A DNA stretch of 64,000 nucleotides from a virus. Its lineage: Duplodnaviria; Caudoviricetes. Made by a program: the position numbers and the translations under genes. The notes beneath the pieces were generated by a model that saw only the letters and a list, made by a program, of their open reading frames with translations, did no database searches and was not told the DNA's origin. Of this stretch, positions 1-8,850 are shown one piece after another; position 1 is the first letter of the stretch, and each line of letters starts with the position of its first letter. Location: positions 96,001 to 160,000 of IMG/VR virus record IMGVR_UViG_3300005614_001084; one strand, 5' to 3'.

Positions 1-538
1 TATCGGCGACGTACCGCACGTACTCCTCGAAGATCTCGAACTGCGACATGGCGGCGAAGCGCTGTTCGATGCGGACCTTCTCCGCATCCCACTCCGCTTG
101 CACATCGCCGGGAAGGAAAGGCGCGTTCTGCGTGATGATGATCTCACGCTGCTCACCATGGGCCTCGTCGCGCAGAGTAGTACGCGGCGCGTTCGACGAC
201 TGAGCGGTGTAGATCATCTTCTGATCCAGCTTCATCTCCTTCGCCCGCTTCTTGGTGGCCTCGGCGACCAGAATGGCGACCGCAGCGTCGAACAGAGGCA
301 GGCGCTCCAGCGCGGCGAGCAGATCGTCGATGTTGCGCAGCGTCACCTCTCCTGCTGGAGCACCGTAACTGCGATACCTCGTGCTCTCACGCAGCATCTT
401 ACGCTCGCGCAGCTCGTCCACGAGACCGAGGAAGTGCGGCGACTGGAGCCGTAGTGAAACGCGATCGAGCGCGCCCAAGACGATGTCGCCGATCAGGCTG
501 ACCTCGTCCATGATGTAGTTGGGATCGATCTTCTTCAC
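1..538 (-). CDS. hypothetical protein, 3' end truncated by window edge
   Basis: Open frame from GTG 538 (VKKIDPNYIMDEV...) to window start, directly after the 540 stop. Confidence 0.6.
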   Translation of the reverse strand, partial: MKKIDPNYIMDEVSLIGDIVLGALDRVSLRLQSPHFLGLVDELRERKMLRESTRYRSYGAPAGEVTLRNIDDLLAALERLPLFDAAVAILVAEATKKRAKEMKLDQKMIYTAQSSNAPRTTLRDEAHGEQREIIITQNAPFLPGDVQAEWDAEKVRIEQRFAAMSQFEIFEEYVRYVAD

Positions 539-539
539 G

Positions 540-986
540 TCAGTTCCCTTTCACTGCGAACACCACCAACATCTCATCCCACGTGTACGGCACGTCCGTG
601 AACACCACGTTGGTGTCGCCAGTCGCCACTCCGGTATCCACTCCACGTAGCTTGGACATCCCGTGCAGCAGCGCGTCTCGCTCCAAGAACGACTCACGAT
701 CACTGAAGTTCATCCGAATCTCGCGATGATCCTTCGTCGTCACGAGGATGGTGTAGGGCTGGACCTGCAACGCAGATCGCAGGGTGGCCAACTCGTGCTG
801 CTTCTTGGACTTCTCCTTGAAGAGGCGCCCCTGTTCGGTCGTGATGCCGGCGATGTCCGCCACCAGCGACTTGATCCCAGCCTCGATGTGATCGGGGCAG
901 CGGGTGCTGTTGCCCAGCGCCGGCTTACCGCACGGATAGACCTCGTCGTAGTTGCCGACGCGGGCTTCGCACTTCCCGCTGCTCAT
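540..986 (-). CDS. hypothetical protein
   Basis: ORF in tightly coupled minus-strand operon. Confidence 0.7.
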   Translation of the reverse strand: MSSGKCEARVGNYDEVYPCGKPALGNSTRCPDHIEAGIKSLVADIAGITTEQGRLFKEKSKKQHELATLRSALQVQPYTILVTTKDHREIRMNFSDRESFLERDALLHGMSKLRGVDTGVATGDTNVVFTDVPYTWDEMLVVFAVKGN

Positions 987-1177
987 ACGACCTCCTTGGG
1001 CTTGCCGACGTCCCAGTCCGTGAGGCTGAAGTTCGGCGGAACCGGGATACTGCCGTGCGCCGCTTCCTTCGCCTCGTCCTCGTCCATGGCGTGAACGGTG
1101 ACGCTGCCCACGATCGTCGCCTCCACGCGCACTACGAACTCCTTGGGTTCCTGATCTTTCTTCTTCGTCTTGGGCAT
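983..1177 (-). CDS. hypothetical protein
   Basis: ATGA overlap with next gene. Confidence 0.65.
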   Translation of the reverse strand: MPKTKKKDQEPKEFVVRVEATIVGSVTVHAMDEDEAKEAAHGSIPVPPNFSLTDWDVGKPKEVV

Positions 1178-1178
1178 C

Positions 1179-1532
1179 TCAGAACCCGTCCCGGATGAAC
1201 TTGTTGAATCGACCCACGAGGTTGGATCGCACCGTGCCTTCTGCTGCTTTGACGGCCTGAACGCACGCCTCGGCCAACTGATTCGCCGACTCGCGGATCG
1301 CGTCCACTACGGCCGGGTGCTCCCTCAGCATCTTCCACACTTCTCCTTCGGATCGCTCCAGTAGAGACCGCATGGTCGAGGACTTGCCCTCACGGATCTT
1401 GCGGATGGTGGCCTCCACCACTTCTGCGCGAATCCGCTCCTTCTCCTCTTCCGTGAGAGAAGCAACGATGGCGGGCAGCATCTCGTCCGCCATCCTGCTG
1501 TGCATCTGTTCGATCGTGTCTTCCAGACCCAT
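1179..1532 (-). CDS. hypothetical protein
   Basis: GGAGG RBS before ATG. Confidence 0.7.
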   Translation of the reverse strand: MGLEDTIEQMHSRMADEMLPAIVASLTEEEKERIRAEVVEATIRKIREGKSSTMRSLLERSEGEVWKMLREHPAVVDAIRESANQLAEACVQAVKAAEGTVRSNLVGRFNKFIRDGF

Positions 1533-1561
1533 GATCTACCTCCACCGTCTTCTACGCGGTT

Positions 1562-1981
1562 TCAGTGCGTGCCCGGCATCTTGGGCTGGAGCTTGAACCG
1601 CTTGAGGGTCGCCATCTTCTTGGCGTGCTCGGCCTGCTGCTTGTAGATCTGATGCATCGAGATCTTCGCCCTCTTCTTCACGAAGTCGGCAAGGTTGGTC
1701 CGGGCCTTCTCCTTGTCGCTGTCCATCGCCCGGCTGAGGACCGGGAACATCTTCGAACAGTAGGCTTCGAACGCCTCGATCGCAGGATCTTGAGTCTTCT
1801 TCGACTCGTGGAGACCGACGATGCTCTGGACGAGCGCGCGGGTCTCAAGGAGCTGCGCCTGACGGCGCTGCACCATCACCATGAGGAAGATCGTCTCCAG
1901 AAGGCTGTTGCGCGGAGGCAGCCCGTTGAACTTGTCGTACCACAAGTTCGCCAGGGCCCAGCCCACGGGAGACTCTAGCCA
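1562..1981 (-). CDS. probable -1 frameshift extension of tail-assembly-chaperone-like protein (GT-like)
   Basis: -1 frame after A AAA AAT at 1981-1987 reads KWLESPVGWALANLWYDKF..., with no obvious own start. Confidence 0.55.
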   Translation of the reverse strand, partial: WLESPVGWALANLWYDKFNGLPPRNSLLETIFLMVMVQRRQAQLLETRALVQSIVGLHESKKTQDPAIEAFEAYCSKMFPVLSRAMDSDKEKARTNLADFVKKRAKISMHQIYKQQAEHAKKMATLKRFKLQPKMPGTH

Positions 1982-3000
1982 TTTTTTGCGAAGTCCGAGG
2001 TGAAGTTCTCGCGCACCCGAAGATCGAACCACTGCCCGTGCGTGCCGAGGGCGTGGAGCAGCGGCTGCGGCATGCGCGAGTACTTCTTGTACTTCGCCTC
2101 GAACGCCTTCTCGTCGAAGTCGGCATCCCACGTCCCCTGGCCGTTGCGCTTGAGGTGGTCGACCTCCTTGGTGGTGTTGATCTGGACGACGCTGAGCACG
2201 AGCACGGCGAGACCGTAGATCTCGGAAGCCAGACGCTCGTTGCGCGGATCCTGCTGCGTCATGTTGAAGAGCCAGAGGCGCGCGGCCTGAAGCTCCATGG
2301 CGGTGACGGTGCGGTAGAGCACGCGCAGCTTGCTCGGCACCACCTCCACCCACTGCGTGAACTCGCCGGTAGCGACGCCGGTGGCGAAGTCGATCTCCGA
2401 GATGCGCTTGTTGGCGGGATCCTTGACGTGATCGCGCTCCTTCGTGTTCTGGATGACGTCCTTCTGAATCGAGCGCATCACCTGCTCGTATTCGAGGTCG
2501 TCGAGGTCGTCGATGCGACGAAGCAGCGCCTCCTTGTCCTCCTTGGCCGCCGGGCCTTCGGCCTTGGTGGAGGTGTTGGGCTGCGTGTCGGGTGTGGGGG
2601 TGGGCGGGGTCGGGATCTGATCGGCCATCTTGTTCTCCTTCTTGCTTGCGGACTCGTCGGCGGCCTTCTTCACCGCACCCAGCAGCTCCAGGCTGCCGGG
2701 GCTGAGCGCCGAGGGCGTGCCGTCGGGAGCCGTAGCACGTCTGTGGCTCTCCGTGATCTGGCCGATGGTCATCTTGCCATCCCTCTCCGGCTTGTACGCC
2801 TGATTGGCGGCGGCGAGATCACCGATAGGCGGCTTGGCGGCGCGGGTTGCGGCCGCGCGCTCCGCCACACCGGCGCCGTACTTCTTGACCTGCGGCGGCG
2901 CCTGCTTTTGCACCAGCGGGTCCTTGGTGGTGTCGATGCCACCGAGGACGACCGGCGGCTTGGGGGCGATCTTGGGCGGAAACGGCATGCGGTTCTCCAT
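1975..3000 (-). CDS. tail-assembly-chaperone-like protein (G-like) with Pro/Ala-rich N-terminus
   Basis: Ends ...DFAKNG* over a slippery heptamer. Confidence 0.55.
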   Translation of the reverse strand: MENRMPFPPKIAPKPPVVLGGIDTTKDPLVQKQAPPQVKKYGAGVAERAAATRAAKPPIGDLAAANQAYKPERDGKMTIGQITESHRRATAPDGTPSALSPGSLELLGAVKKAADESASKKENKMADQIPTPPTPTPDTQPNTSTKAEGPAAKEDKEALLRRIDDLDDLEYEQVMRSIQKDVIQNTKERDHVKDPANKRISEIDFATGVATGEFTQWVEVVPSKLRVLYRTVTAMELQAARLWLFNMTQQDPRNERLASEIYGLAVLVLSVVQINTTKEVDHLKRNGQGTWDADFDEKAFEAKYKKYSRMPQPLLHALGTHGQWFDLRVRENFTSDFAKNG

Positions 3001-3029
3001 TGGGGACAAAAGAGAGAAACGATCTTGAC

Positions 3030-3329
3030 TCAGTAACCTGCGAGCACGGCAGCGCCGACAGCGCAGTCCTCGGCGTGCGGCTTACCACGATCCTCGTCGA
3101 AGCCGCACAGCGCGCACTGCCCGGAGTCCTTGCTCAGCTCCAGCACCACTTCGCCGATCTGATACAGCGCGGTAACGCGGGTCAGCTCCGTACGCTGGTT
3201 CATCTCGCTGGTGGATCGGTTCTCCTCCTCCATCAGCCCCACGCACTTCGGGTGGTACTTGATCCCGTTGACGTCGGTCCAACTCAGAGGATCGATCCCC
3301 AACTTGCAGAACGGGCAAGTCACAGCCAT
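3030..3329 (-). CDS. small Cys/His (Zn-binding) protein
   Basis: CPFC..HPKC and CALC..HAEDC. Confidence 0.65.
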   Translation of the reverse strand: MAVTCPFCKLGIDPLSWTDVNGIKYHPKCVGLMEEENRSTSEMNQRTELTRVTALYQIGEVVLELSKDSGQCALCGFDEDRGKPHAEDCAVGAAVLAGY

Positions 3330-3763
3330 CGCAGGATCTCCTTGACCGCATGCTCACGCTCGCACGCCGAGTTCACACACCGATCCAACCACGCCGAGGC
3401 GTAGTCGTTGGGCCAGCCGTTCGCCTTGCTGCTCAGCAGCGCGTCGAGCTTGGTGATGCGCCCATCCCAGATCTCGCCGGCCAAGAGGCCAAGCAGGTAC
3501 AGCATCAACCGGACCTCGTCCTGGGGACCGAACCTCGTCGGTTCCTCGCGATGGTCAAACCACAGGCACAGATGCCCGCCACCAACCCAGGCCTCCAGCG
3601 GGCGTCGCAGGCCACCCGTCGTGCTGGACAGACCCCCCGGGGGTACAACGCGTTCCTGGCGCGACGTCGTGTCCGCAGCACGAGCTTGGGCCCGCTGTAT
3701 CTGCGCCTGTACGTGCTCGGGCTTCTGGCGTCGTCGGCTTAGCGTAGAGGGTCGTCGTGACAT
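3320..3763 (-). CDS. hypothetical protein, probably leaderless
   Basis: ATG 3763 lies 7 nt after a sigma70-like -10 box. Confidence 0.6.
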   Translation of the reverse strand: MSRRPSTLSRRRQKPEHVQAQIQRAQARAADTTSRQERVVPPGGLSSTTGGLRRPLEAWVGGGHLCLWFDHREEPTRFGPQDEVRLMLYLLGLLAGEIWDGRITKLDALLSSKANGWPNDYASAWLDRCVNSACEREHAVKEILRWL

Positions 3764-3770
3764 CAGTATG

Positions 3771-3799
3771 AGAATACATGCGAATACACAAGGCGTCAA
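3771..3799 (-). promoter_or_regulatory. sigma70-type promoter
   Basis: TTGACG-N17-TATTCT. Confidence 0.6.
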
Positions 3800-3806
3800 C
3801 AGCGGG

Positions 3807-3835
3807 CAAAGAGATGGGGAGAAGCCCCAGTCTCT
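3807..3835 (-). terminator. putative intrinsic terminator closing array A
   Basis: GAGA(C)TGGGG-CTTCT-CCCCATCTC then TTTG. Confidence 0.55.
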
Positions 3836-4189
3836 GAGATCGGTACGACGCACATTCCATCCCGCGATCGTCTCCAACCCTACAACTCTCGTTCGTCATC
3901 GCTTCCATGCTCGGCCTAGGCCCGGCGCGTTAGCTTGAGACCCACCTGCTTACCCACGGTGGTCCTGGGTTACTGCGCCAAGCTGATCCCTCCCATGCTG
4001 CGCGCAACAAAGCTCGCGGCGCATCCGCGCGAGACTTACATCTCAACAACACCACCAGCTTTTCCGCGGTGGTCCCGGATCGATGCAGGTCTCGTCCCCT
4101 GCCAGGAGGCCCGACCTTCTCACGTAGACTTCCGTCGTCGGCCCTTTCCGTTCATCACACAGCGCCGGCTTACCCGCGGCGTTCCGGGA
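3836..4189 (-). ncRNA. array A: 3 pseudoknot repeats with (GNNN)n tracts
   Basis: 28-nt repeats at 3942, 4052, 4162 (110-nt period); period-4 C on + strand, clearest at 3841-3934. Confidence 0.75.
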
Positions 4190-4481
4190 GCATCTTCGGT
4201 CTCACACGATGCGGGCCGTGCGGACACATCGTGAGGTCGATGGCTGGCCTGACGTCACCGCGCGAATCCATCCGATCGATGATGTTGTTGATGTCGCGCA
4301 CCTCATGCCCGGTATCGTCGAAGTGCGCCGCATCTTCGTGCGACTTGCCGCAGTGCGCGCAGAGGTCGTGAGCGTAGACACCTTCCATCTCAGCACCAGC
4401 CACGAACTCGTGCTGATCCCCGTACACATCACGGGCCAGGTTCCCGCCGCACTCCTCGCAGATGCACCTCACCTCGTTCAC
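4170..4481 (-). CDS. small Cys/His-rich protein
   Basis: CEEC, CAHC; GTGA overlap; stop TAA lies inside the 4162 repeat. Confidence 0.6.
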   Translation of the reverse strand: MNEVRCICEECGGNLARDVYGDQHEFVAGAEMEGVYAHDLCAHCGKSHEDAAHFDDTGHEVRDINNIIDRMDSRGDVRPAIDLTMCPHGPHRVRPKMLPERRG

Positions 4482-5116
4482 TTCGTGCTCCCCGGCTTCA
4501 CGCGTTCGAGCAAGAAGTCGAGGTCGGCGCAGTGATCGACTCCCCACATCTCTGCGGCCTCGGCGCGAAGCTTCGCGACGAAGGTGTCGGCCTCGGCGCG
4601 CAGGGCGTGCACCTTCTCGTACAGCTTCTCGGGATCACCCCACAGCTCGGCCTTCACCATCGCGGCGTTGACCCTGCGTCCCCGACCTCCCTTGCTTCTC
4701 GGCGGATCGATCTCCGCGCTGAGCCGCATCAGTCGGTACATCCCCTCGTTGATTTCGGTCGCGCCCTCGAACGCATCCCGAATCTCCTCCGCCAGCCACA
4801 TCGCCTGCTCTTCGCTCAGCGCCAGGCGCTCGACGAGCAGCGCAAGACCATCGGCATGCTTCTTCTCCCAGTCCAGCATCGTGGCGCGGCTCTTCTTCTC
4901 CTCCGCGATGCGGCATCTCTCCTCGTGCGCCGCGTAGTAGTAGTTCGCGCGCTCCACCGGATCACTACTCGCCGTGATCTCGATGCGAACGTCGTTGAAC
5001 ACCAAGACCTCGGTGTTGCCGGTGCGCTTCGCCTCTTCCACCACCGCTTTCGTCGCATCGGTGATCCACCCCAGGGTGTGGATGGTGCCGTCTTCCCTCC
5101 GATACAGTCGAAACAT
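4478..5116 (-). CDS. hypothetical protein
   Basis: CTATAAG + GGAGG then ATG 5116. Confidence 0.75.
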   Translation of the reverse strand: MFRLYRREDGTIHTLGWITDATKAVVEEAKRTGNTEVLVFNDVRIEITASSDPVERANYYYAAHEERCRIAEEKKSRATMLDWEKKHADGLALLVERLALSEEQAMWLAEEIRDAFEGATEINEGMYRLMRLSAEIDPPRSKGGRGRRVNAAMVKAELWGDPEKLYEKVHALRAEADTFVAKLRAEAAEMWGVDHCADLDFLLERVKPGSTK

Positions 5117-5131
5117 CTCTACCTCCAAGAT

Positions 5132-5138
5132 CTTATAG
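5132..5138 (-). promoter_or_regulatory. CTAT(A/C)AG phage promoter motif (representative of ~20 copies)
   Basis: Recurs just upstream of RBS/start codons on both strands; list in findings. Confidence 0.65.
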
Positions 5139-5141
5139 GGC

Positions 5142-5167
5142 AAAAAGAACACGCCAAAGCGTGTTCT
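5142..5167 (-). terminator. intrinsic terminator closing array B
   Basis: AGAACACGC-TTTG-GCGTGTTCT-TTTT. Confidence 0.75.
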
Positions 5168-5930
5168 AGATGCCAAGCGGATGCCCTCACCCTCCAGCGA
5201 TCACACGAAGCAGACGCGCCTTTCTACCCTCCATCTCTCGTCGATACCACCGGCTTGCCCACGGTGGTCCTGGGTCATCGGCGGTATCACCGATCGCACA
5301 TTCTCCCGACTTCAAGACCCCCTATCCCCACCACTCGCGACGCAGTCGAACGTGCCTTCGCACTTGCGTGTCTTCCTACCGCCAGCCACCAAGATCATCG
5401 TTACTGCGGTACCCACCTGCTTAGCCGCGGTGGTCCCGGAGCGACGCGCGAAAGTCCGAGCGTCCGTACCTTCCGCCTGGTTGCCGACCCCTCGTTCATC
5501 CCTGACCGAACCGCGCCAGCTTACCGGCGGCGCACCCGGATCAACACAGAGCGCGGACCTCCACGCCCACCCATCTTCTCACGCCATCCACTTCCACTCG
5601 CCGCCCGTCCAAGTGTGCGAACGGTCGATCTCGCCGCTTACCCGCGCGTATCCGGGATGATCTGAAAAACTTTCCTTCCCACAGCCAGGTCCCCGTTCCG
5701 TCTTCCGTGACAACCTGTACCCGTACTTTCAGCACAACACCTTCTACGTACTACGTCCTGATCTCAGAACATACTCGATCCCACCGTCTTATCGGAGGTG
5801 GGCCCCGAGATCGCAATGACTGGCGGGCGTGCTCAGACCACTGCCGTCTTCCTTCGCATCCACCGCCTGTTCATTCTCTCGAATCACCAAACAGAAGGTC
5901 CAACGCCTGCTTACCCGCGGTCGTCCGGGT
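5168..5930 (-). ncRNA. array B: 6 pseudoknot repeats with (GNNN)n tracts
   Basis: Repeats at 5247, 5413, 5513, 5630, 5781, 5903; period-4 register in all tracts. Confidence 0.8.
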
Positions 5931-6522
5931 TGATCTCGACGTCGTACATACGTCCGGCGTCGCTCTTCGGCTGCGCGTCGGGCGCCATGCTGAAGCTGAG
6001 GAGGTTGTCGCAGTCCTCGTCCTCACCGTTGTCCCGCTGCACGTCGAGCGTGACGTGACCTTCGAGCGTACGACCCGCAGTGATGACGATGTCGCCGACC
6101 TCGAAGATCAGAAGGTCCTGGTCCGCCCTACGGTCGGTGATGAGTAGCATGAGCTTGGGCGTCTGCACCGCGATGGGGTTGGGCTGTGTTGGCGCCACCA
6201 ACCGATCTGCGAGCCACATCGCACGCTCCTCTCCCGTCCACGCCATGTACTGAGGAGGCTTCAGCCCACACATCCGCAGCGCCGCGGTGACCTCCGCGCG
6301 TCGAGACGCGTGCGGGCTCATCGCCCCCTCCAGCCAGTACTCGCGCAGTCGGTGCTGGATGCTCTTGCGCGCGTTGTCGAGCGTCTCGCTCGCCAGCTTC
6401 ACCTCGTTGACGGCGAAGCTGAGTTCGTTGATGTCGGCGGCCCGTTTCTCGCGAAGCTCTTCCTGAGCCTTCTCGATCGTGCCCTCTACTTCGTCGACGG
6501 TTCGATCTTGCCATTCACCCAT
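5911..6522 (-). CDS. hypothetical protein
   Basis: CTATAAG + GGAGG then ATG 6522; stop TAA inside the 5903 repeat. Confidence 0.75.
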   Translation of the reverse strand: MGEWQDRTVDEVEGTIEKAQEELREKRAADINELSFAVNEVKLASETLDNARKSIQHRLREYWLEGAMSPHASRRAEVTAALRMCGLKPPQYMAWTGEERAMWLADRLVAPTQPNPIAVQTPKLMLLITDRRADQDLLIFEVGDIVITAGRTLEGHVTLDVQRDNGEDEDCDNLLSFSMAPDAQPKSDAGRMYDVEINPDDRG

Positions 6523-6546
6523 GTGTTCCTCCAAGATCTTATAGGC

Positions 6547-6569
6547 AAAAAGGAAGGCTGTCCTTCCTT
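6547..6569 (-). terminator. intrinsic terminator closing array C
   Basis: AAGGAAGG-ACAG-CCTTCCTT-TTT. Confidence 0.7.
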
Positions 6570-6964
6570 CGTCCGTACTGGACTTCGTACAACCGACGAA
6601 ATACTCGAATCCTTCATTCGTCCAGCTATTTCATCAGCCAACACTTCCTTAGATCACCACCTGCTTGCCAGCGGTGGTCCCCGGATAGATCGAGCCTGTT
6701 CCTCAGATCATCAGCTACAGCAGTACCGCCAAGCGCTGCTTCGTCTCTCCATTCATTCCTGTGATCGTTCCTGCAATCCCTAGGAACCAGCCGTCCTCCC
6801 CAACTTCACCCCTCCGCTAGAGCGCCACCTGCTTACCTGCGGTGGCCCCAGGAGCTTCAGATCGGGACACCCGACATAGCTACTTGATTCCTGTCCGACT
6901 AACTAACGGGGCATCAGTCGTTGCAACTGTCCGCCGTCCTCAGCTTGCCGGCGAGGTATCCGGG
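6570..6964 (-). ncRNA. array C: 3 pseudoknot repeats with (GNNN)n tracts
   Basis: Repeats at 6657, 6825, 6937. Confidence 0.8.
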
Positions 6965-7446
6965 TACGATCGCGTCTCCACGCCTTCGCGCGGATGCACG
7001 CCGACGATATCGAGCAGCATGGAATCGGGGAACCTCTGCTGCACGAACTTGACGGTGTCGCGGCGCGCCAGCTCGACGTCTGCCGGCAGCATGTAGTCGG
7101 ACACCTCTTCACCGCTGTGCCACGTACAGGCGCCCTCGAAGAAGTAGCTCAGTGCTGCCATCGGCGATTTCTCGATCAGCTTGATCGCCGCAACTTCCAG
7201 CTCTGCAAGAGAGGAGAGCGGGAAGTCAGGACAGGTGTCGTCCGTTCGAACGAGCTGACGTGCCGCAGTCCGAACCTCTTCGTACTGCACCAAGGTGCTG
7301 AGCACCGAACCCACTGCACACCGTGCGCAGAAGGGCAACTGCGACGGGAACTGCGCCGTGCCGAACCACGCCCCGGGCCGCAACTGCTCGATGGGTTCGT
7401 TCTCCAGCGCGTCGATGATCTGAGCCTTTGTCACCACGATGAGCAT
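6940..7446 (-). CDS. hypothetical protein
   Basis: GGAGG then ATG 7446; stop inside the 6937 repeat. Confidence 0.7.
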   Translation of the reverse strand: MLIVVTKAQIIDALENEPIEQLRPGAWFGTAQFPSQLPFCARCAVGSVLSTLVQYEEVRTAARQLVRTDDTCPDFPLSSLAELEVAAIKLIEKSPMAALSYFFEGACTWHSGEEVSDYMLPADVELARRDTVKFVQQRFPDSMLLDIVGVHPREGVETRSYPDTSPAS

Positions 7447-7454
7447 GTCGCCTC

Positions 7455-8033
7455 CTAACATCCGTCGTCGAGATCAGAGTCACCCACGCGTCGCTCCGCC
7501 AGATGACGAAGCTCCGCCGCCTCCTCCGCGCTGAGCGGTTCGAGCTGCGCCTTCACGCGCAACGTCTCGTAGCGCGCACCCTCATCTGCGGGGAGGGCCA
7601 CCCAGGTCAATACGCCTTTCTTGATGTCATAGATCTGATCGAAGCCGAAGCGTCGCATCATGACATCAACGGGATTGCCCGCGATCTCGTAGTCGCCCGC
7701 CGTAGCCTTGAGCACGTTGTCGATGGCGGGATGGATCTCCGACACACCACCGACGCCGTACCTGATGCTGTACAGCATGCCGCGCGTACGACTGAGCGCC
7801 TCGAAGAGCTTCGCCGACAGCTCGACCGCGGCCTTGAGACGATTGCCGATCGTGGTGGTGACGACCACGGGCTTGCCATGCTTCGCCTCGTACTGCTCCA
7901 CAATGCCCTCGATCGTACCGTCGATATGATCTCTGGCGAAGTCGGGCAGCTTGTCGTAGTCGCGCCCAAAGGGCCCGCCCAGCGGGCCACCGAGCAACGC
8001 CATGCGCAGCAGTTCCACCTCACGCTTCGTCAT
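7455..8033 (-). CDS. hypothetical protein
   Basis: ATGA-coupled start MTKREVELL. Confidence 0.7.
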   Translation of the reverse strand: MTKREVELLRMALLGGPLGGPFGRDYDKLPDFARDHIDGTIEGIVEQYEAKHGKPVVVTTTIGNRLKAAVELSAKLFEALSRTRGMLYSIRYGVGGVSEIHPAIDNVLKATAGDYEIAGNPVDVMMRRFGFDQIYDIKKGVLTWVALPADEGARYETLRVKAQLEPLSAEEAAELRHLAERRVGDSDLDDGC

Positions 8034-8347
8034 AGTCCCCTTCCTCGCTCCTGGATCTCGGCCGACTGACGGCTCATGATCTTCTCCGCCTCTTTGATGC
8101 GCCGGGCGGTACTCGCGTTGAGGCTCAGCGTTCTGTACAACACGGCGAACGTGACTGAGTTGCACGCCAAGCCGATCGGAATACCAACACGCGGCGCCCC
8201 GGTACTCCACCACAAGGCGAAGGCTGTCAGGGAAAGCAAGCCGGAGATCGCACACAGCGCAGCGCACACGATCATGCCGGCGGTGATTCCGCGCTCAGCC
8301 TTCTCTTCAACTTCGAGTGGTTTCTCGCTCTCTCTGTACGGCATCAC
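8030..8347 (-). CDS. small membrane protein (2 TM)
   Basis: Two hydrophobic stretches. Confidence 0.65.
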   Translation of the reverse strand: MMPYRESEKPLEVEEKAERGITAGMIVCAALCAISGLLSLTAFALWWSTGAPRVGIPIGLACNSVTFAVLYRTLSLNASTARRIKEAEKIMSRQSAEIQERGRGL

Positions 8348-8850
8348 GCCTCCTCGATCTTGCCGCGCACTGGGCGCGGCGTGAGCATCACGTGCGGCTT
8401 CGGGTTGTGAATGAAGGTTCGATTGAAGTCCTCGTTCTCCACTTCAGCGATCGCCGCGGCTTCGGCTGCGATGGTGTGGAGCCAGCGCTCTGCGAACAGC
8501 ACCTGCTCCTTCGTCAGGACCAGTAGGCAGGGCCAGCATACGACGTTGTAGAGACCACTAGGCCTCGACTCGATGTCGCGCAGCGTGTCGATGAAGCCCT
8601 CGACCTGCGTCGCGAAGATGTAGAGCGTGGAGTCGAAGAACGGGGTCGAGAAGCGGTGCGCACCGATGCGCATCACGCCTCCGCCATCCAGCGCCACACT
8701 GCTGATCTCCTGCTTTGCCCATGGCTCCAGGTCGGGGTCTTCGCGCCATCGAGGCTCCTTGATGGCCAGGGCCTCGTCGCTGATCCACATCGGAGAGACG
8801 CAGCGCCGGCCTTCGCGAGCGTTCTCCGGCTTCACCAGCCACCACTTCAT
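8344..8850 (-). CDS. hypothetical protein
   Basis: Start MKWWLVK coupled to upstream stop. Confidence 0.65.
   Translation of the reverse strand: MKWWLVKPENAREGRRCVSPMWISDEALAIKEPRWREDPDLEPWAKQEISSVALDGGGVMRIGAHRFSTPFFDSTLYIFATQVEGFIDTLRDIESRPSGLYNVVCWPCLLVLTKEQVLFAERWLHTIAAEAAAIAEVENEDFNRTFIHNPKPHVMLTPRPVRGKIEEA

Noticed and set aside
3942-3969. Repeat as REP element, terminator or pistol/HDV ribozyme
   Set aside because: No U-tract, strictly one orientation, confined to the RAMP neighbourhood, and flanking stems required by known ribozymes were not seen
4514-4526. 13-nt match to decoded tract 5441-5512 (gaagtcgaggtcg)
   Set aside because: Too short and made of common codons; does not extend
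5168-5930. GGY/NN pentamer periodicity
   Set aside because: I looked for RCC every 5 nt on the + strand and did not see it; the period is 4 with a single conserved base
3935-7112. ORF-track ORFs crossing the arrays (3935-4234, 5181-5660, 5541-5735, 5707-6147, 6842-7096)
   Set aside because: No RBS, and period-4 rather than period-3 structure; treated as spurious
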